DNA of 64,000 nt from Pelagomonas calceolata (Eukaryota): contig CAKKNE010000006.1 of the NCBI GenBank assembly GCA_918797485.1, positions 2,294,001 to 2,358,000 on the forward strand. Reading direction: 5' to 3'. Below are positions 60,753-64,000 of this stretch, piece after piece. Every line of letters starts with the position of its first letter. Position 1 is the stretch's first letter. Under the pieces are notes generated by a model. That model worked only from the letters and a program-made list of their open reading frames with translations, did no database searches and was not told the origin of the DNA. Made by a program: the position numbers and the translations under genes.

Positions 60753-61306
60753 CGGAGCGTCGACGGCGTGCGGCGCTCGGATGCGTTCGACCGCTGGCGC
60801 TGATCGACGACGGCGGGGGCAGCCTGGAGTAAATGGCTCACGAGCTCTGTGGCCAAATACGCAGCGGCGGCGCCGGGGCAGCGCAATACGGGCGCGACGC
60901 GTCTCAATACAGGCTCTGGCGCACGCTGGTGTACACGCGACGGGCAGCTTGGCCGCGGCGGCGGCGCGCAGCGCGCACACAAAAGCCAGGAGCCGATCGG
61001 CGCGATCGCCCAGGACTCGTCGGCCCGCGCCGGCGAGCCCTCGCGGCGAGCCGTTGCCCGTGACCCTTCTCAGGTGCCGAGCGTGCGGGTTCGAGGCCGC
61101 TGGGCAGTTTTGGGCCGCCGGCGCCAGTTTTGGGCCGCTACGCATTAGGCAACGCTCGGGGCAGCCGCGCGCACTTCTTGGGACGTTGCCGCGCCGGCGC
61201 ATAGCACGCCAGGCACGAACGAGGCGCCGCGAGGCGCAGCGTTAACGACCCCAGCAGAACCAATACAAAAGCAAGCAGCCAGCCGCCGCGCTAGGAGACA
61301 ACGACC

Positions 61307-63124
61307 ATGCCGCCGCGCCAGGACAGCAGCAGCGACAGCAGCGACAGCGACAAGGAACAGAAGCCGACGCTGCCGTCGCGCGACCGGGACTTCACCAGCA
61401 GCCAGCGCAAGGGCGGCGCCGGCGCCATCGAGTCCGACAGTAGCGACGACGAGGCCGCACCATTAAGAACAAAGGATGAGTCGTCCGAGGACGAAGCACC
61501 GCAACGGAGGAAGGTCCCTCCCCTAAAACCGCACAAGACGACGATCGGCCAGCGCATGCGCGGCGTCATCGGTTCCGTATTTGCGAAGCGCACGAAATCC
61601 CAAGAACCGTCCCAGAAGCTCATGGAGACCTGGAAGAGTCAGGGCAGAGACGCGAACACGCCGCGCGGCCAGGATGTGGGAGACGACTCCGATGCGAGTG
61701 TCGACTCCGACGGCGTCAAGCGGAAGCGTTTTAAAATAGACCCGTCGGATATGAAGGGTGGCACGATGCAGATCAAGGACATGAAGACGCTGCTGCAGTA
61801 CCTCGAGCCGGACCCTGACTACGGCACGCAGCCCGTCGAGCGCCACCTGATGCCGATCGACGACTGGCTGCACCGGCCGGAGACGTGTGAAGATATCCCG
61901 ACCTATATCGAAGACCCCAAAACCGGTCGATGGCGCAAACTACGGAAACGCCATCAAGTCAAGAAGAAGGAGGAGCATTCTCGGGAGGAGCGGAAGGCTG
62001 TGGCGGCGCTCGATGCGGAGTTAGACGCTGTGGATCGGTTGCTGAAGAACGAAGCGGTGCCCGAGGATCGCAGTATGAAGCTCGAACGAGTCCTGAACGC
62101 CTTCTTCACGGCGGCTCGAGGCGCCTTCTGCGGCTTGGCTGGCGGCGTTATTATCATCAATTTCGCCCTGGACAAGGATCGGCAGCTCCTGGACCACTAC
62201 GGTCGAACGTCGAACTTATTCAGGCGGTGGGGCTATCTCCTCGCGACGACCGTCTTCGTCGGTGCACTCAATGCCTGGCACAACGCCCAAGCTAACGCAA
62301 GAATAGAGAGAATCGATCCCATTTTGACGCTCGAAGTCCGTTCCATGGTCGTGATCTACTTCTTCGCTCTCGTGTTCACGTTGGCGATGGCCACGGCCGA
62401 CGCTTCGTTAGCGAGGCACTGGACGGACTGGGACCCCGAGACTACTGATGCTACAGAACTACAGTTATATAATGATCGAGACGACGATTGGGAGCGCGTG
62501 TTCTATGGGAAAGCTACTGAATTACAAACCTTCAAGACCTGGCGCTTCTGCTGCTGGGCGCGGTTCGTCTGTGCCGCTGTTGGCTGGTTGGTTTCGTTGA
62601 ATCGCTTTGACCAGCTGTCGAAGCAACTGCACGCGAAACGTCGAGAGATTGATGCTTTACGGGGTGCTGTGCGTACCGCTAGTACGAAGATGATCGACCT
62701 CTACAACGAACAGGAGAAGAATAAGGAGGTACCGACCGGGACCGAAGCCTTGCGGGATCTGCTCGGTCGACGAGGCTTACCCGTTCCTGCCGAGGCGCAG
62801 GATCTGGTCCGGAACCCACTCATGGAGGCGGAGGCGCCTACCCTCGAGCGGAAGGACGAGAAGCCCTCGGCCCTCCAGAAGATGGCGGCCCTACAAAAGA
62901 AAAAGGCGGAGCTCGGTAAAAAGTCGGCCGAGGAGCTCAGTAAAACGCGCGGAAACGAGGAGGAGAAGACGACGGAGAACCCCATCCGCGGCGTGCGCGT
63001 CGTCCAGTCCAAGCCGGCAGCTTCTCCAGCGAAATCGGACGCCAGCGGGAGCAGCGACGACTCGAGCACGGACGACGAGGGGCCGCGGGACCTGCTGACA
63101 GGGAGCCCGCGCCAGCGCCGCTGA
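61307..63124 (+). CDS. Four-TM protein with disordered termini, possibly TMEM237-like
   Basis: Four hydrophobic segments (AFCGLAGGVIII; GYLLATTVFVGAL; IYFFALVFTLAM; FVCAAVGWLV); family call from memory only. Confidence 0.6.
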   Translation: MPPRQDSSSDSSDSDKEQKPTLPSRDRDFTSSQRKGGAGAIESDSSDDEAAPLRTKDESSEDEAPQRRKVPPLKPHKTTIGQRMRGVIGSVFAKRTKSQEPSQKLMETWKSQGRDANTPRGQDVGDDSDASVDSDGVKRKRFKIDPSDMKGGTMQIKDMKTLLQYLEPDPDYGTQPVERHLMPIDDWLHRPETCEDIPTYIEDPKTGRWRKLRKRHQVKKKEEHSREERKAVAALDAELDAVDRLLKNEAVPEDRSMKLERVLNAFFTAARGAFCGLAGGVIIINFALDKDRQLLDHYGRTSNLFRRWGYLLATTVFVGALNAWHNAQANARIERIDPILTLEVRSMVVIYFFALVFTLAMATADASLARHWTDWDPETTDATELQLYNDRDDDWERVFYGKATELQTFKTWRFCCWARFVCAAVGWLVSLNRFDQLSKQLHAKRREIDALRGAVRTASTKMIDLYNEQEKNKEVPTGTEALRDLLGRRGLPVPAEAQDLVRNPLMEAEAPTLERKDEKPSALQKMAALQKKKAELGKKSAEELSKTRGNEEEKTTENPIRGVRVVQSKPAASPAKSDASGSSDDSSTDDEGPRDLLTGSPRQRR

Positions 63125-63253
63125 GTTGAGTAACAGACTACTTAGTATGAACAACACTAGCTAGTGGCGACGGGCCGCGGCGATGGCGTGAACACTGCAT
63201 CCCGCTCCACGGGCACGCCGCCGCCCCTCACGCCACCGACGCGAAGGACAACA

Positions 63254-64000
63254 CTACGACACCGCCGCGAAGGACAGCCCGACGAGCGCCAGGCCGAATG
63301 AGACCAGTACGAAGGAAGCACAACGCCGCCACCACAAACGCGGCTTCTCGCGCGCCGCCAGCACCACTGGCGAAGAGAAGATCAAACCCGGCAGGATGAA
63401 CCCGATCAGCGACCCGGCGACGGCCCCCGTCAAAGCCATGACTGCGCCCAGCGAATCTGTACTGAGAGCGACGCCGACGAGCGAAGCCCACAGCCCGAGC
63501 GACCACATACCGTGCGTCCTCGATGAGACGAGACGCACGTCCTCCACCGAGGCATCGCGGTATTTTGAGGACGCGGCCCGATGCAGCGCGTGGCCCGCCT
63601 GGCGGCAGACGAACACCGAGCTCGGAATGCCGAACACCATCGTAATGGCATAGAGTAACCGAGCAATCAGCGCTCGCACGTCGTGGATGGGGTAGTCGTT
63701 CAGGATGTTGCTCGAGGTTTGCGCACCGTAGGTGAGGTAGCCCGCTGCACTGAACAATACACAAAGTAAAGCTGAGGAGCCGAGGGCGAGGCCCGTCGAT
63801 TTCGCGAAGCGGGAAGGTGTCCTTCGTTTCAGGGACCGGTAGTACAAAAAGCACGAGTCCTGGCACACAAAGGCGAAGGCGAACAGGCCCAGGGCGGCCA
63901 CGACGCCGCGGCCCTCGTTCTCAGGTGCCGCTATCGTTAATGACCCTTCTTGGCCCCTCGTACATAACTCAGAAATAACAACACCGGTAGCCGCGAAGAC
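63254..64000 (-). CDS. Amino acid transporter (Aa_trans/SLC38-like), 5' end outside the window
   Basis: FAFAFVCQD, GYLTYG..SSNILNDY, LGAVMALTGAVAGSLIGFILPG; frame open to the window edge. Confidence 0.92.
   Translation of the reverse strand, partial: VFAATGVVISELCTRGQEGSLTIAAPENEGRGVVAALGLFAFAFVCQDSCFLYYRSLKRRTPSRFAKSTGLALGSSALLCVLFSAAGYLTYGAQTSSNILNDYPIHDVRALIARLLYAITMVFGIPSSVFVCRQAGHALHRAASSKYRDASVEDVRLVSSRTHGMWSLGLWASLVGVALSTDSLGAVMALTGAVAGSLIGFILPGLIFSSPVVLAAREKPRLWWRRCASFVLVSFGLALVGLSFAAVS

Overview
Gene-dense, GC-rich eukaryotic nuclear DNA with about 40 mostly intronless protein-coding genes in alternating divergent and convergent pairs with very short intergenic gaps. Gene content and intron type suggest a pelagophyte alga such as Pelagomonas or Aureococcus (inference). 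No rRNA, tRNA or CRISPR array was recognised. Main non-coding signals: (1) five introns are copies of one TIR-bounded introner family (CTGTGTGGAAATC...GATTTCCACACAG). The GT donor comes from an 8-bp target-site duplication and the AG acceptor from the TIR. Removing them restores four broken ORF pairs and trims one in-frame insert. (2) A bipartite motif, (C/T)TAGCG-N9-11-(C/T)ACTAG, occurs 11 times, always upstream of gene starts and 10 times between divergent genes, so it is a candidate bidirectional promoter element. (3) A CACGCCRTCGA.GCG motif, which is also the introner core, recurs free-standing behind gene 3' ends. Protein oddities include a prolyl 4-hydroxylase fused to a VHL-beta-like domain, an eRF1-like paralog lacking NIKS and GGQ, a Prx6-like protein lacking the peroxidatic Cys, and a JmjC ORF with no ATG. 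All family calls come from visual motif recognition, not database searches.
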